Source: Camelus ferus (taxonomy: Eukaryota). From it: a DNA stretch of 64,000 nt. Location of the stretch: assembly GCF_009834535.1 (NCBI RefSeq), contig NC_045729.1, forward strand, positions 18,600,001-18,664,000, in the 5' to 3' direction. Of this stretch, positions 41,455-54,362 are shown in pieces (position 1 is the stretch's first letter; each line of letters begins with the position of its first letter). The position numbers were made by a program, and so were the translations under genes. The notes under the pieces were generated by a model, which searched no databases, was not told the origin of the DNA, and saw only the letters and a program-made list of their open reading frames with translations.

Positions 41455-44394
41455 GCTGGCTGCAGAGTCACCTCTAAAGCCGGAGGAGGCTCTGTGCATG
41501 AAGCTGACCCCAATCTTGACTTCATTTAAATACATTAAGGAGAGAAATAGTCCCAGCTGGCCCAGGCTCTTGCCTGGTCAAGGTCACAGGGACCTCCTGC
41601 ACACCAATCTCTGTTCAACTCTGAGTCCAAGGTTCCTTCCATGAGGTCCCCTGAGACTCTCTCCCCGACAGTCAACTTACAAAGTGCCCACCCCATACCA
41701 TGCATTGCATCACAGGGCAAAGGTGGGTGGACTTGGGGACCACAAGTCACGGGGACAAAGACGTGGCCAGGTCCTGGTGCTGAAAGCTGTCAGCTAGCTC
41801 AGCCCCCGGCAGAGGGGACTTGTGCTCTGCCTGCCAGCTGGCAGGGGGCCCGTGACCCCCAGCATCACTACATGGGCTGGCGCTTTTCATCCCACAAACA
41901 CCTGCCGAGCGTCGGCCACGGCGAGCGCTGGGTGGTCCTGCAGGAGTGGTGCCACGGCAGCACTCTCTCCAGTGGGAGCAGGAGACCTTGGAGGCTCCAC
42001 TGGATGATGGAGAAAGATTTGTTTGATGAGGGAAGTCAAGCAAATTGGTCCGGTGTTCCCAAGGGGGGAGAAGTCACTTCCACTTAAAGAGTCGGAGAAG
42101 CTCGGGGTGGCGGGCAGTAGGGGAGGAGGGCATCTTCTCCGTGGATTTTGGTGGTTGGGCGTGGTGGGAGGGAGGTCCAGGAGGGCGTGGCCTCGGCAAA
42201 AAGAAAAGGGTGGGAAAGCAGTGAGCTTTTTGGGGAACTTGCCCCGGGTAGTGGGACATTCGGCAGGAAGGAAATTACGGCCAGGCGAAGAGGCCGTAAT
42301 TAAATACATGATGATGGAGAGCTGTGGGCGGTTTGTAACCAGCGAGTTCTCCGTGTGAGCACTGCTTCAGGAGGACGGACGCGGTGGCAGCCTGCAGGAG
42401 GGGCAGGGAGGAGGGAAGAGTCGGGGGTTAGGACTGGGTGGGGCACAAGGCACGAAACTCCGCGGCTAGTTTCGGAGCCCAGGCAAGAGATAATGAGCCA
42501 CTGAGCCGCCACTGTGTCAGAGGGGCTGCCAGCCGAAGAAATCACAGAGGAGGAACCTACCAGAGCTGGCCATGGGTGAAACGGAGGGGAGGAGATAAAT
42601 CGGAGTCAAGGAGACTTCCACATCTCAAGCCCAGGTGACTAGGAACTGGTGGTGACATTAGCAGAAATAAGCAAGTCAGCAGGAAGAGCGGGGTCGGGTT
42701 GGGAGGGAACGGGACAGCGCATTTCAGTTCAGATGTATGAAGCTGGGAGTGTCACTGAGTCATCCGAGAAAAGGCGCCTGGCAGACAGGCATGGATGCCG
42801 TCCCAGGCGGTGAGAGCATCACGAGCAAGACGGAAAGGTCGATGGCCAGCTGAGAGCATGCCTCTAACATACACGGCAGACAAAGGTGAGTGTCCTCAAC
42901 CAACCAGAACAAGAGGAACATCACCAGCGTAACACTGGAAAAAGGACTGGGTGGTCAATTCACGTGAGAATAAACAAATTAACACACTACGATTAACCTC
43001 TCTAGAAATCAGGTAAATGCAAATGAAAACAAAATAGGCTGCAACTTCTAAAAAGCAAATAAGCTCAGCTCCCTTCTCCTGTGCCCTTCCCACCCGCCCC
43101 CTCCAAAAAAAAACCCTAAAACTGCATTTGTAGAAATGCAGAAAAATCGGTACCTTCCTATACTCCTCGGCAGGCTTCTTGGCAAGAGAGTTTGACAAAG
43201 TGCATTAAAGGTGTGAAAAAACACAAACCTTTAGCAACCCCAGCTTTTGGAATTTATCCTAAGGAAAGAATCGTGGCTGATCATCGACACGCGGCTGTGA
43301 GACTTCCATGACAGCACTGTTCTTTGCGGCAGGAAACGCGAGTCCACCCTGGGGTTCCACGAAACAGCACTGATTGTGCAAACCACACTGCGTCCACGCT
43401 GGAGTGAAAACAGCCGTTTCAAGTGTTGCAGGCGAGTGCTTAATAGCACAGAAATACGGTCGTGACAAACTGGGCATTGAGGAGAACCAGTGGGAGAAGA
43501 GCCGACAGCATGATCGCATTTTGAGAACAGAAGCTTCATGCCTGTGGGAAGAGGGGAGGCTCGGGGAGGGCGCCGAAACTGGAGGCGATGGGAGCTGGGA
43601 CTCAGTCGTCGTGGGGAGTTGGGCAGTGACCAGTTCATTCTTTCCTTCCTTGTGCCTGTTTCTTTTTTTTTTTTTTTTAAATATATGCCGTTAACAAGTG
43701 CTACTTCTGTAAACAGCCAAACGTAATAATATTGGAAAAGAAAAGCAGATGTGACCCCAGGCCTCAGATGGGAAGCCAAGGATGGCACTCTGGATTAGGA
43801 GGCCATCTGCCCTGAGTAGGGGCCTAGGGGTTCACTTGGTGGGGCCGCCCAGGGAAGGGGCTGGAGGGGGTGAGGATGGGGCAGGCAGAGAAGCAGGAAG
43901 CATCCTCCTCCGAGTACCCTGGAAGCACCGGGGACCCAGGGAGAGAGGCTTGGGACGACGCGTCCTCACGCCTCTGCTTCCGTGTCTGCCCCTCCTCTGA
44001 GGACGTGTGACCCAAGCTTTGTACTCCAGGCAAAGGCACCAAAAACAAAGACAGCCTCCATCCGGCCCACATAGCCAGAGGACGCTGTGTTCGGGGAGCT
44101 GTGCCGTCACCCCTAAGGCTGTGTGGGTGAAGCTGCCCCCAAACGCGACTCCACCTAAACACACTGAGGAGGGAAAAAGCCCCAGCTGGCCCAGGCTCTT
44201 GCCTGGTCAGGGTCACAGGGGCCTCCCACACCCCGAGCTCCATTTAACTCTGAGTCTAAGGCTACTTCCACTCTGAGACTGTCGCCCCAGAGCCGACTTG
44301 CAGAGCGCCCACCACGTACCACGGACTGCATCAAAGGCAAAGGCTAGATGGGCTCAGGGGCTGCCACCATGACCACAGGTCACGGGGACAAAGA
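41455..44394 (+). repeat. Dispersed direct duplication of ~300 bp (41455-41761 and 44095-44394)
   Basis: 46-nt core with 44 identities (41552-41597 vs 44181-44226); collinear similarity extends upstream and to a shared gtcacggggacaaaga end. Confidence 0.88.
42930..43530 (+). mobile_element. Old L1ME-like 3' fragment
   Basis: Degenerate ORF2-end and 3'UTR motifs (aaatgcaaatgaaaacaaaat, ttttggaatttatcctaaggaaa, acagcatgatcgcattttg). Confidence 0.6.
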
Positions 44395-44940
44395 GGGGAT
44401 GGTGGCCCAGGGCCTGGTGCTTCCAGTAACCATTTCCATGCAGCCGCCATGGCCAGGGGGGGACACTGGCTGGCCCCATAGGTAGAGCAGGCCCGGCCCT
44501 GCCCTCCCCTCCTCCTCCCCAGGGCCCAGGGCTCTTGTGGAAGGTCTCCCAGGGCTGCCTGCTCTCCTGATCCACTCAAAGTCACCTTCTGCTGATAGGA
44601 TTTGTGACTTGTCTTCTATTCTTAGAGCCAACTGCTGACCAGGACTCTTCGGACGCTGCGACCTGCCCCCAGGCCTGGCTTCTCCCAGGGCTTCTTCGCA
44701 GTGTTTCTCCCCAGCCCCTCACCTGCGATCTTCTCAGTCCACCCCGTTCCATGGCTGGGAAAGGGCCCAGCCCCTAAATGCTGAGATGAGATAAAGGGCT
44801 GTGAGGCACCAGAGCTGGAGACCAGAGGATGCTTCCTGGAGAGGTGATGTCCAGCTGGTCCTCATAGGGTGGGTGGGATTTCCACAGACAGGATTCAGGG
44901 ACAGCATTTTTTACCTAACCCCACCTCCACCTGGAAAGGA

Positions 44941-45335
44941 GGATAGATGATGAGGACGATGACAATGATGATGGTGATGGTGCTAATGATGGTGGTGGTG
45001 GTTGTAACAGTGGTGATGGTGGTGATGAACTTGGGCAACTCCACCTTCTGTCCCTGAGCTTTAAAGCTAGACCACTGACTCTCATTTCACAGGGCTGGTA
45101 GGAGTGAGTGAGACGAATATGAGGAAGACTGGGTGAGAAGCCCTTCACAGTGCCCAGCACAGGCAACTGTCACCGGCAGACTGTCCTTGTTATTGTGATG
45201 ATGACGGTGATGGTGATGATGGAGGTGATGGTGAGGATGATGATGGTGGTGATGATGATGATGGTGATGATAGTGAAGGTGGTGGTGATAATGATGGTGG
45301 TAATAATAATGGTGGTGATGATGGGGATGATCCTT
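44941..45335 (+). repeat. Two imperfect (GAT/GGT)n trinucleotide tracts (44941-45030 and 45190-45335)
   Basis: Seen directly; they produce the poly-His and poly-Met/Val ORFs in the track. Confidence 0.93.
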
Positions 45336-45540
45336 AACAATGCCTGAGGGCCCACTGTGCACCAGGCCCTGTGCTAAACACTTTACAAATATCATCTCAT
45401 AAAATGCTCATAATAACTCAATGAAGTACTGAAATTTATAGAGAGGAAACTGAAGCTCAAAAAATTCAGTCAATTCCTGAGCCCAGAGCTAGCAAGTAAC
45501 AGAGCCAAGATGTGAACCGGTATCTGTCTGATGGCTCTTA
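45060..45540 (-). mobile_element. MIR interrupted by an (ATG/GTG)n expansion
   Basis: agcccttcacagtgcccagcacagg, and caggccctgtgctaaacactttac...gaggaaactgaagctc on either side of the low-complexity tract. Confidence 0.6.
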
Positions 45541-47092
45541 ACTCTGATACTGCAGTTGGGCCAGTTCAGTCCCACCAAGCTTCACTGAGCTTCTGCTAAG
45601 AGCCAGGCCCAGTGATCAGGAGCAGGTGCAGAGCCCCAGGCAGGAAGCCCAGCCCTGGAGGGGAGAAAGAGGGTCAAAGGCAGCATGGAAACAGAGGTCA
45701 ATGCCTTGAGGCAGGCTGGCACCAGTCGGCACCTCTCCAAGGTGACTGAGTTCAAATGGAGCGGACAGGGGGCTCCAGTTTGGAGGAGAGGCTGAGCCCA
45801 TGTAAGGAAGGGAGTGGGTCCAGGATCACGCAGGCAAATCTAGAACTGGACCCTCCAAGATAACAGGGGGAGGGACAGGAAGAAGAGGACAAGGCTTTAA
45901 GGAGGGAGCAGAGGTGAAGGAGACACGAGAGGGAGGCAGGTGGCCGAGGGCAGAGAGAGGACAGTGCTTTCTGCACCAGGCAGCTGAAGCCACCCCAAGC
46001 CCATCGGGCTATAAATGGCTCTCATGGCACCAGCCCAAGCTGTACAAACGATTTTTCCCGAGGACAAAAGACTCCGCTGGGGGAGCCAAATTCTGCTCTG
46101 TCTCCAAATGTCAAGAGAGCTTTTTCTAACCTGCATCTTCTGTCCTCAGCAGCAGCCTGAGGCCTCGTGGAGGGACAGAAAGGGAAAGCCAGGGGTTGGG
46201 GCCACCGCAAGGGAAGCAGACAGAGGAGGGCGTGGGAGCAGGGGGCCCCCAGCCGGGTCTCCCCACGTCTTTCTTCCCAGCTGCCTCCCACCTGGCCCGG
46301 GGTCACCCTCAGACCCTCACCACACTTTCCTCCCCTCCGTGCCTGCTCCCAGGACCGTGAGCTAGACGCGGTCCATGGAGTCGGTAGTCGCCTGGAGCTA
46401 GCTCTTCTAGCACTATCTGTCTGCCTTTGTGGAGGGACCAGAGCTCAGCTGGAAGGGGGCCACCCTGGCAGTGGGCGTCAGGCAGCAGCGAGGCAGGTGT
46501 GTGCTGCGTCGGGTACCTGGGCCTCTCCTGTCCCCACGGTCACACCAGACACACAGTTTTCGTGTCTGCCTTCGGCCCAAGATGGCTGTGGTTCCATCCT
46601 GCTCTCCTCTCTCCTGCACCCGTGTTTCCTGTCACCTGGGCTGAAAGATGGGTCCCAGCAAAGTCATGTCCCTCCCCAGAAGGGAGCACGGGGCTGTAGC
46701 AAATGCCAGGACCTACATCACTGTTCGTCACCCTGGATCTGAAGCCTGCACACCTCGGGGACAGGGAGAAGGGCCAGATGCTGCTCGTCCTGCAAGCCGA
46801 ACACGGCCCCCTGGCTTTTTCGTCTGTCAACAGTCACCCTCCTCCCCCTCCCTAGAGTTGGCTTTTTAAAGACACAGACACTCTCTCAGTGCCCCTGGGG
46901 GGAGGCCAGACACTGATGTATGTCACAGAGTGGCAGCTGCTGTCACCAGCTGGCATCTTTCTGTCGTACAGCGTCCCTGACTCTAACTCTGGCACCTTGC
47001 ATCCTTCCACATTGTTTCCCACAGAACAGACACCCCTGGAAGAAGGGGTTCTGTGGCCAAGTGAGTTTGGGCCAAAAAGCTAAAGAGATTTC

Positions 47093-47170
47093 TTTCCCAG
47101 CTTTATTGAGATATGATTGACAGCTATCATTGTGTAAGTTTAAGGCATACAATGTAATGGTTTGATTGTG
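47093..47170 (-). mobile_element. Short L1MA/MB 3' end
   Basis: cccagctttattgagatatgattgaca...tgtgtaagtttaaggcatacaatgtaatggtttgat is an antisense L1 terminus. Confidence 0.65.
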
Positions 47171-49989
47171 TCTATACAACAAAATGTAAAGAGATTTCTT
47201 AATTGCAATACTTTTAAGCCTTTAATTTGCTAAATCGTGATTCTCCAAGAGAGAATGAGAGTGTCTGGTGCTACCAATTTAATAGCTGTGGCATCCTTCT
47301 CCCTGAGGGAGCTATAAACATCTCCAGAAGCTAATGTTCTGAGGGAAACCATTTGAGGACTCTGATGGAGGACAGTGTTTATGACAACCTGGGTCAGTCA
47401 CCCTGGGGATGGTGTCAGGCCCCACCCCAGACCAAGAGAATCCCACCCCGTGAGGGCGAGGCCCACCAAGCTGCATGTTGAACCAGCCCTCCCAGTGCCA
47501 CCCGTGAAACTCTGGTCCAGGCGGGGCTGGGGGCAGCTCCCTGCCTTCTCCATCCTCCGTGACTCCTGATGCAGCCCTCAGAGGCCAGCCTGGCTCTGCC
47601 TTGGTGCCACGGTGATTCCCAGATGACAGACAAGCCGAGCCAAGGACATCTGAAGGAGGGGCTGCTACAGGTTCCAGAGAGCCCCTTGGCTCTCCAAGCA
47701 AACGGACTGGGGTTGGGTGTGAGCTCTGCCACCTTCAGGCTGGGTGACCTTGGGCCAGTCCCTAACTTGCCAACATGGCCAGAGTCACGGTGAGGCTCAA
47801 CCTCAAGGGCCGTCCTCGGCCACCCAGCACTGTGTCGTGGTGCCTCCCACGGCCCTGGCTGTGTCCTTGTGGTCCCACAGTCAAGCCGGCTCCGCAGCCA
47901 CACGGTGCTCCTTCTGTCTCGGATCCGTGACTGCGGGGAAGGAATCTATGGGGTTTGTTGGGCCTGACCTATTTCTTAAGTAAACTGGGGCTGTTTTCCA
48001 GCTATTAGTCACTTTTCTCCCAAGCCTCCACATATTAAATTCTCTTCTTCTATCCTCAGATATTTTGGCAGCAAGAGATGTCAGGTTAATTGGCTGCTTG
48101 GCTCCTGGTTCTTCCTCCTTAATGGACTTAAAAAGCAGGCTTCCCGTGCGGCCCTCCCTCCCCAAGCCCACCCAGGGCAACAGGAGCCTCTCTCTGCTTT
48201 GATTTGAAGGACATCACCAAGAACCTGTCTGCTTTGCTTTACAGACAGAAGTGCAGAAAGACAGCCAGTCTCCTCTCCCACCTGCACCCCACCCCGAGGG
48301 GGACTAGGCCTTGGTCCCAGATTTGGGTCACATCGTCCCTGTGGGGCCTGAGCTGGGCAGATGACTCTTCCCCTGGCCAGGGTCATCATGGGTGCAGAGG
48401 GTCTCAGACAAAGGTCGCACAGACGGGGTGCCTGTGGGTTCTGCTCTTGGCTTTCTCTTCCCCTATTCAGGTCACTGTGCAAAAGCCTCTGAACCTTTTT
48501 GACCCTCGGTTTCCTCTTCTGTCAAATGACAATAATTATATGTCCTGCCTCTTCCACCAGCCTCTGTGATGACTGAAGATGCCGAGGGTGTAAGCATTCA
48601 GAGGAAATTCTACAGTGTGGTACAGAAGCACGAGACTTCCAGCTCCGGCCATCTGACTCCACACTCCGGTGCTATTTCGGGATGCCCCCTGGGCCCATCT
48701 CTGGCACTGGACACAGTGGCTTTGGCTGCCCTTCGTGCTCTGTTCTGCTGCCTGCCTGACCCCGGTCCTCACCGTCCACACTGTCCACTCCCTGAGCACC
48801 AATCTGCCCCTTTTCCCCGCGGCTTTCTGAGACTTAGACAATTGCTATCTTTAGGAACACGGCCACCGTGGTCAGTCATTTTCCCCAGCCCCTGACACCT
48901 GGTCTCTCTTGCTCCAGTTCTGGATCCCAGTGGCATCTGCTGGTCCGAAGCTACTAGTTACGTTCTGTCCTGTTTTGTTGGCAAATGGTCTCGTGCAAAT
49001 TGTCTAACAACTGTAGGTGCTTCTTCTACCACCAAGAAGTAAATTCCTTCTGGCCAGTAACCGGATGTATGTGTCACTGCTTCCCCGTTAGCACTTGGCC
49101 CAGATCTGGGGCCCAACAAAGATCCATCGAATCCAGTATCCTGACACTTCAGCTGGGTCAGTGTTGCCCTTCATAAATACATTATGCAAGTGGAGCGAAG
49201 GAGGCTGCTTCCCACCGTGCAATCAGAGAAACTTCATTCCCCTGGAGAGGGTGGGGAGGTGGCAGGAAGGAAGATAAAACTGAGAAGAATAATCATCAGA
49301 ATCCAAATAATACTCAACATGCTTTGGAGGGTTCAACGGTGCTTCAAATGTCTTTACCGAGAAGCGTCTTGTCTCCCGGGATTTCTAGGAGAAGAAAATA
49401 TCTTGCGAATACAGAATGCATTTACTGACCCCCATAATCCCACCCAGATAGACTACGAGTGCCTTCAAGTACAGATTCAAGTGTGTTTGTAGACACCTTT
49501 CCAATCTCTTCACACCCAAGTGCAAGGCCAGAACTGCAGATAGAGGTGCCGAGGTTCAAAGAAGCTGGCTGGCTGGCTTAGCCCACACAGCATGGCTGGT
49601 CAGGACCCTGAGCTGGCCCCTCACAGTCTCTGCTTCATCATCTGTCCAATAAGCCAACGGCTGGAGGAAAATGGGCCATAGAGTCATGTCGCGAGTCAGA
49701 AAGAAAATCACAAGTCAGTGGCCAAGACCAAAGCCACAGCAGCTTAAACCAGAGCCTCACCTGGTTTCCACGGGCTCCTCCAGACACCTTCTATCCAGTT
49801 CTAGGAAACCCATTTGCTCCAAATAAATATTTCCACCCACATTCTTAGCAGAAGTGAGTGACTCCGGTAATCAGAGATCCCAAGGCAAGTATGCACTGAA
49901 AATACCAACGTTCCAGCTGGAAAGGGAATCAAGTCAGCCACCCAGTAACACCTGCGTCTACTCCAAAGCTGGCCTCAATTTAGCCAATG

Positions 49990-50060
49990 ACATGTCCCAG
50001 GAATCTGCATTTTCAAAGCCCTCCCAGGCAATTCCGATGACCAGTTCAAAAGCTGGACAA
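49990..50060. mobile_element. MER5A-like fragment
   Basis: cccaggaatctgcattttcaaagccctcccaggcaattccgatg. Confidence 0.65.
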
Positions 50061-50379
50061 AATATAAGAAATAACAGTTTTCAAGACACTGAGCATCAGG
50101 CAACGAAAAACCACATCCCTGAAGGATGGCAAGAAGACAGGGTAAACCCTACGATGGCCCAGCTTTCTGCCTGGTACATCTGAGCTGTCACAGGGACCAG
50201 GAACCCAGGCAGAGGAGGACCCTCCCTTGGTGGAAGAGACAGAGGTGGGAATCAGGGCAGTATGGCAGCTCTGACAGGCAGAGAGCTGGTAACAGACTCT
50301 CCAGAGACGGGGCTTTGCAGATCTGGAGGGAGAGCCCCTCAAGTCTTCAGCTGAGATCGATCAAGTCATGCATGTGAAG

Positions 50380-53220
50380 AAACTACCTGCAGCCAGGAAA
50401 ATAACTACTGACAAAATAAAGGGACCTCTTTATGATACTCACACAGGGCCAGGAGGGGCTCATGGCCCCCCAAGCCAGCGTGGAAAACCTCGGAAGTCAT
50501 GAATACTCAGAAGAGGTTTTGTTTCCCTCAGTGGTGTAAAATTAGCTCTAGACTAAAGATCGCTGTGATCCCCCCAAACAAAGCTGAAAAGCAAGACCGA
50601 CAGGGTTAAACCCTCCGAGGAATTTAACTGCATCCCAGAGCAAAGTTTAGAAGTACAAAAATATTCAAAAAGTATCCAGTACCTGATAAGGTCTGGATTA
50701 CACAATGTCTAGCATACACTCATAAATTATCAGGCTTGCCAAAGAAGTGAGAAAAGGACTACCTAAAATGAGGTAGTGAACGCCAAGCCAACCCAGAGAG
50801 GATACAGACAATGGAATTAGCAGACAAGGTCTATAGAACTGTTACTGTATTTCATATGTCTAAGAAGCTTGAGGAAACATTAAGTATATTAAGTGGAGAC
50901 ATGGAAGATAGAAAAATGACAAACTGAACTTCCAGAGATAAAAGCTATATATGATTTTAAAAATACACTGGGTTAGGTTAACAGCAGGTTAGACATCACA
51001 GAAGAAAAGACTTGACACAAGCAATAAAAACTACCCAAAATAAAACACAAAGAGAAAAAGACCGAAAAAAACAAAAGTTAAACAGAGCAACAGTGAGCTG
51101 TGGGATGACTTCAAGTGGCTTGGTCCACATGGGATTGCAGTACCCAAAGGAAGGGGAAATGGAAAAATATTTAAAGAAATATTGGAATGGTGGTTGAAAT
51201 TTTCCACAAAAACTGTAAACTTACAGATCCCAAAACCTCAACAAACCCTGAGGAAAAGAAATAAGAGGGGGGAGAAAACTACATGAAGCTATATCACAAT
51301 CAAATTGCTTAAAATCACCGATAAGCAGAAAATCTTAAAAGCATCCAAAGGGGAAATAAAGACATTTCACATACAAAGGAACTAAGAGGTTCTCATAGGA
51401 ACCAACACAGGAAGACGGGGCAGCACCACCTGAAAGTGTGGAAAGGGTAAAACTCTCTACTTGGAATTTTATACCCTGTGAAAATATCTTCCAGAAATAA
51501 AGGCAAAGTAAAGATTTTCCGAGGTATACAGAGGTTGAAAGATTTCATTACCCACAGGATCATACTATAGGAAAAGTTAAAGGACATCCTTCGGGCAGAA
51601 GGGAAATGATAACTGATGGAAACCTGGATTGGTACCAAGAATGAAGCGCTCTGGAAAAGCGAACTCCGTGTCCATGGATAAGCATAAAACCTTTTCCTTA
51701 TTATTTAAACCTCTTTAAATGATCACTGACTGTTTTTTAAAAAGTAATAACAGTCTTACAAGACTTACAACACAGGTAGAATTAAAATGCATGACAGCAG
51801 AGCACAAAGGCCAAAAGGGGGGAAAGGAAACACTGCTGTAAGAACCCGATGGTGTGTGTGAGCTGCTGCGATGTCAGCTGAAGGCAGACTGTGATAAGTT
51901 CAACACACACCAAGAACTCTAAAGTGGCTATTTTATAAAATCACAAAAAGTTATGGATAATAAGCTGGCTAAGAAGATAAAATGGAATCGTAAGAAATAC
52001 TCAAGTATTGCCCCCCTAAAGGCTTAAAAAGAGGGTAAATGTAAAAAATAACAGGTAAGTAATATAGAAACAAATAGCAAGATGGTAGGTTTAAACCCAA
52101 CAGGATCAATACAATGTGCATAGTCAGGTACACTAACTATAAATGGCCTAAATACCTCAGTTAGAAAGCAGAGGTTACCATATTAGAGTTTCAGAACAAC
52201 CATATGCCACTCTGTTTGAAACTTCCTCTTAACATGAAAAAGTTAAAAAAAAAAATGAAAAACAATATATCGTGCTAACTCGAATACAAGCTATCGAGGA
52301 TAGCTGTATTAATATCAGACAAAATAGACTTCAGAGCAAATAATATCAGGAAAAAGAGGGATACGTTCATAATGATGAAGAGGCCACTTCAGCAAGAGGA
52401 CATAATAACTGCAAATGTTTATTCATCTAATGAAAGAGATGCAAAATATATAAAGCAAAAACGGATGGAACCAGTCATTCGGGGAATGCAAGTGGAAACT
52501 ACAATGAGATACCGCCTCACGCCCATTAGGACTGGCTAATAATTAAAAAGAAAAAACAGAAAATAAGTGTCGGCAAGGATGTGGAGAAACTAGAACCCTC
52601 ACGCACTCTTGGTAGGAAGGTAAAATGGTGCGGCCCCCGTGGAAAACAGTCTGACACTGCCTCAAAAAAGTAAAAATAGAATTATCACATGACCCAGCGA
52701 TTCCATGGCTAGGTGTAAACCCTGGGTAAGTGAAAGCGGGTCTTGAAGAGATGTTTATGCGTCCACGTTCATAGCAGCATTATTCACAGCAGCTAAAACA
52801 TGGAAGCAACGAGTCTATCGGCAGATGAATGGATAAGCAAAATGGGGCACGCACACACAGTGGATTCTTATTTAGGCCTTAGAAGGAGGCAAATTCCGAC
52901 ATGTGCTACAACACGGATGAACTGCTACGTGAGATAATCCAGTCATAAAAAAGACAAACACGGCGTGATTCCCCCTGTTAGAGGGTCTTAGAGACAAAAA
53001 GTAGAATGGCGGTTGCCAGGGGCTGGGGGAGGAGAGGACGAGAGTGGCTGTTTAATGGGTATAGAATTTCAGCTCTGCAAGATGAAAAGAGCTCTGGAGC
53101 TGATGGCAGTGGCGGCCGCACAACAACGCGGACGTGCTTAACACCACCGAGCTGCACACTTAAAAATGGCTATGAGAGCGCATTGTGTATTATACATATT
53201 TGACCACAATGAAAAACACG
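50380..53220 (+). mobile_element. Old L1M (5' region, ORF1, spacer, ORF2 start) joined to an L1MB-type 3' end
   Basis: ORF1-like sequence at 51000-51640, endonuclease-like sequence at 52050-52460 (atattaatatcagacaaaatagacttcagagc), then 3' end (gagataccgcctcacgcccattagg...catatttgaccacaatgaaaaa). May be two elements. Confidence 0.8.
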
Positions 53221-53689
53221 GAGCAAGAAAACTGCTAGAACAGCACACAGACAGCTCTGATTATCTTAGTGGCTTGAAAACCGCTGAAAGTAGCAGCCTG
53301 TGGGCTTAAAGCTGATGAAACGCAGACACGGCTCCCATTCTCTCGTTCCTCTCCCTTCCCAGACTCCTGAGTCAGAGACCTGGCGGGATCGGTGGTGCGT
53401 ACAACACGCTTAGCAGGCTGTTTGTCAAAGTAACCCCTTCCTGTGAATGCACTCACCAGGTCCCTTCACTCCAAAAGGACGAAGAAAGTCCACTTTAATA
53501 GTGACGGGGAAACGGAGAAGACAAGTCCAAGAGGCCGTTTTCCCCGGGAACGCCCGGGGCCGGGGGCCTGGGGAAGGGCTCCCCTGGAAGAAACGAAGTC
53601 CACGTGCTAACGCGAGGAAGAAATAGGGGGGCCAGAGTCCGTGGCCACCCCTCCACGTGCTGGGGTCTCAACTTTTATTTCCGAACTCC

Positions 53690-54362
53690 TACCTCCTCTA
53701 CATACCTGCAGGGCCCTGTCCTCTCCAGTCCCTCCTGCTCTCCAGTCTCTGGTCTCTGGCTCCCCCGCACCCCATTCTGCTCCTTGAATACCCCAAAACC
53801 TGTTCCCACTGAGAGACTTTGCACCAGCTGCTCCCCCATATGTTGCATGGGTCATTTTTTAAACTTTTTTTTAAAATTGGAGTATAGTCAGGTACAACGT
53901 GTCAATCTCTGGCGTCCAGCATCATGTTTCAGTCATGCACATACATATATATATTTGTTTACAGATTCTTTTTCATTATAGGTTACTACAAGGTCTTGAA
54001 TATAGTTCCCTGTGCTGTATAGAAGGAATTTGTTTTTGCATGAGTCCCTCTTTTGCCTCATTCAGGTCCATTTCTAAGGTCACCTTTGCAGAGGTCCCCT
54101 CTCCAAACAGCCCCATCTGCAAACACCCCGACCTCTGTTTCGTTCTGCTCCCTCACCTGCTTTATTTTTCTTCAGAACTCTTATCAGTACCTGACATCAG
54201 TTCATCTATTTATGGCCATCTTCCCCCTGCAATGGGAGCACCACAAAGGCAGGCATCAGGCTCTACCGTCACCCCAGCCCGTGGAGGTGCACCTGACGCT
54301 GAAGGGCTGTTCCAGAAACACTTGTTGAAGGTATGACTGAATGAATGAATGAATGAATGATT
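53690..54362 (+). mobile_element. L2 3' end split by the L1 insertion at 53854-54035
   Basis: gctccttgaatacccc, ggtcacctttgcagaggtcccctct, and the terminal (tgaa)n L2 tail at ~54336-54360. Confidence 0.7.
53854..54035 (-). mobile_element. Short L1 3'UTR insertion splitting an L2
   Basis: Similar to the reverse complement of ~14740-14910; 11-bp TSD with one mismatch (ttgcatgggtc 53843-53853; ttgcatgagtc 54036-54046). Confidence 0.85.

Noticed and set aside
45087-45395. Poly-histidine ORF and overlapping poly-Met/Val and Ile/Thr ORFs
   Set aside because: Translation of a trinucleotide low-complexity tract inside a MIR; open in several frames for compositional reasons.
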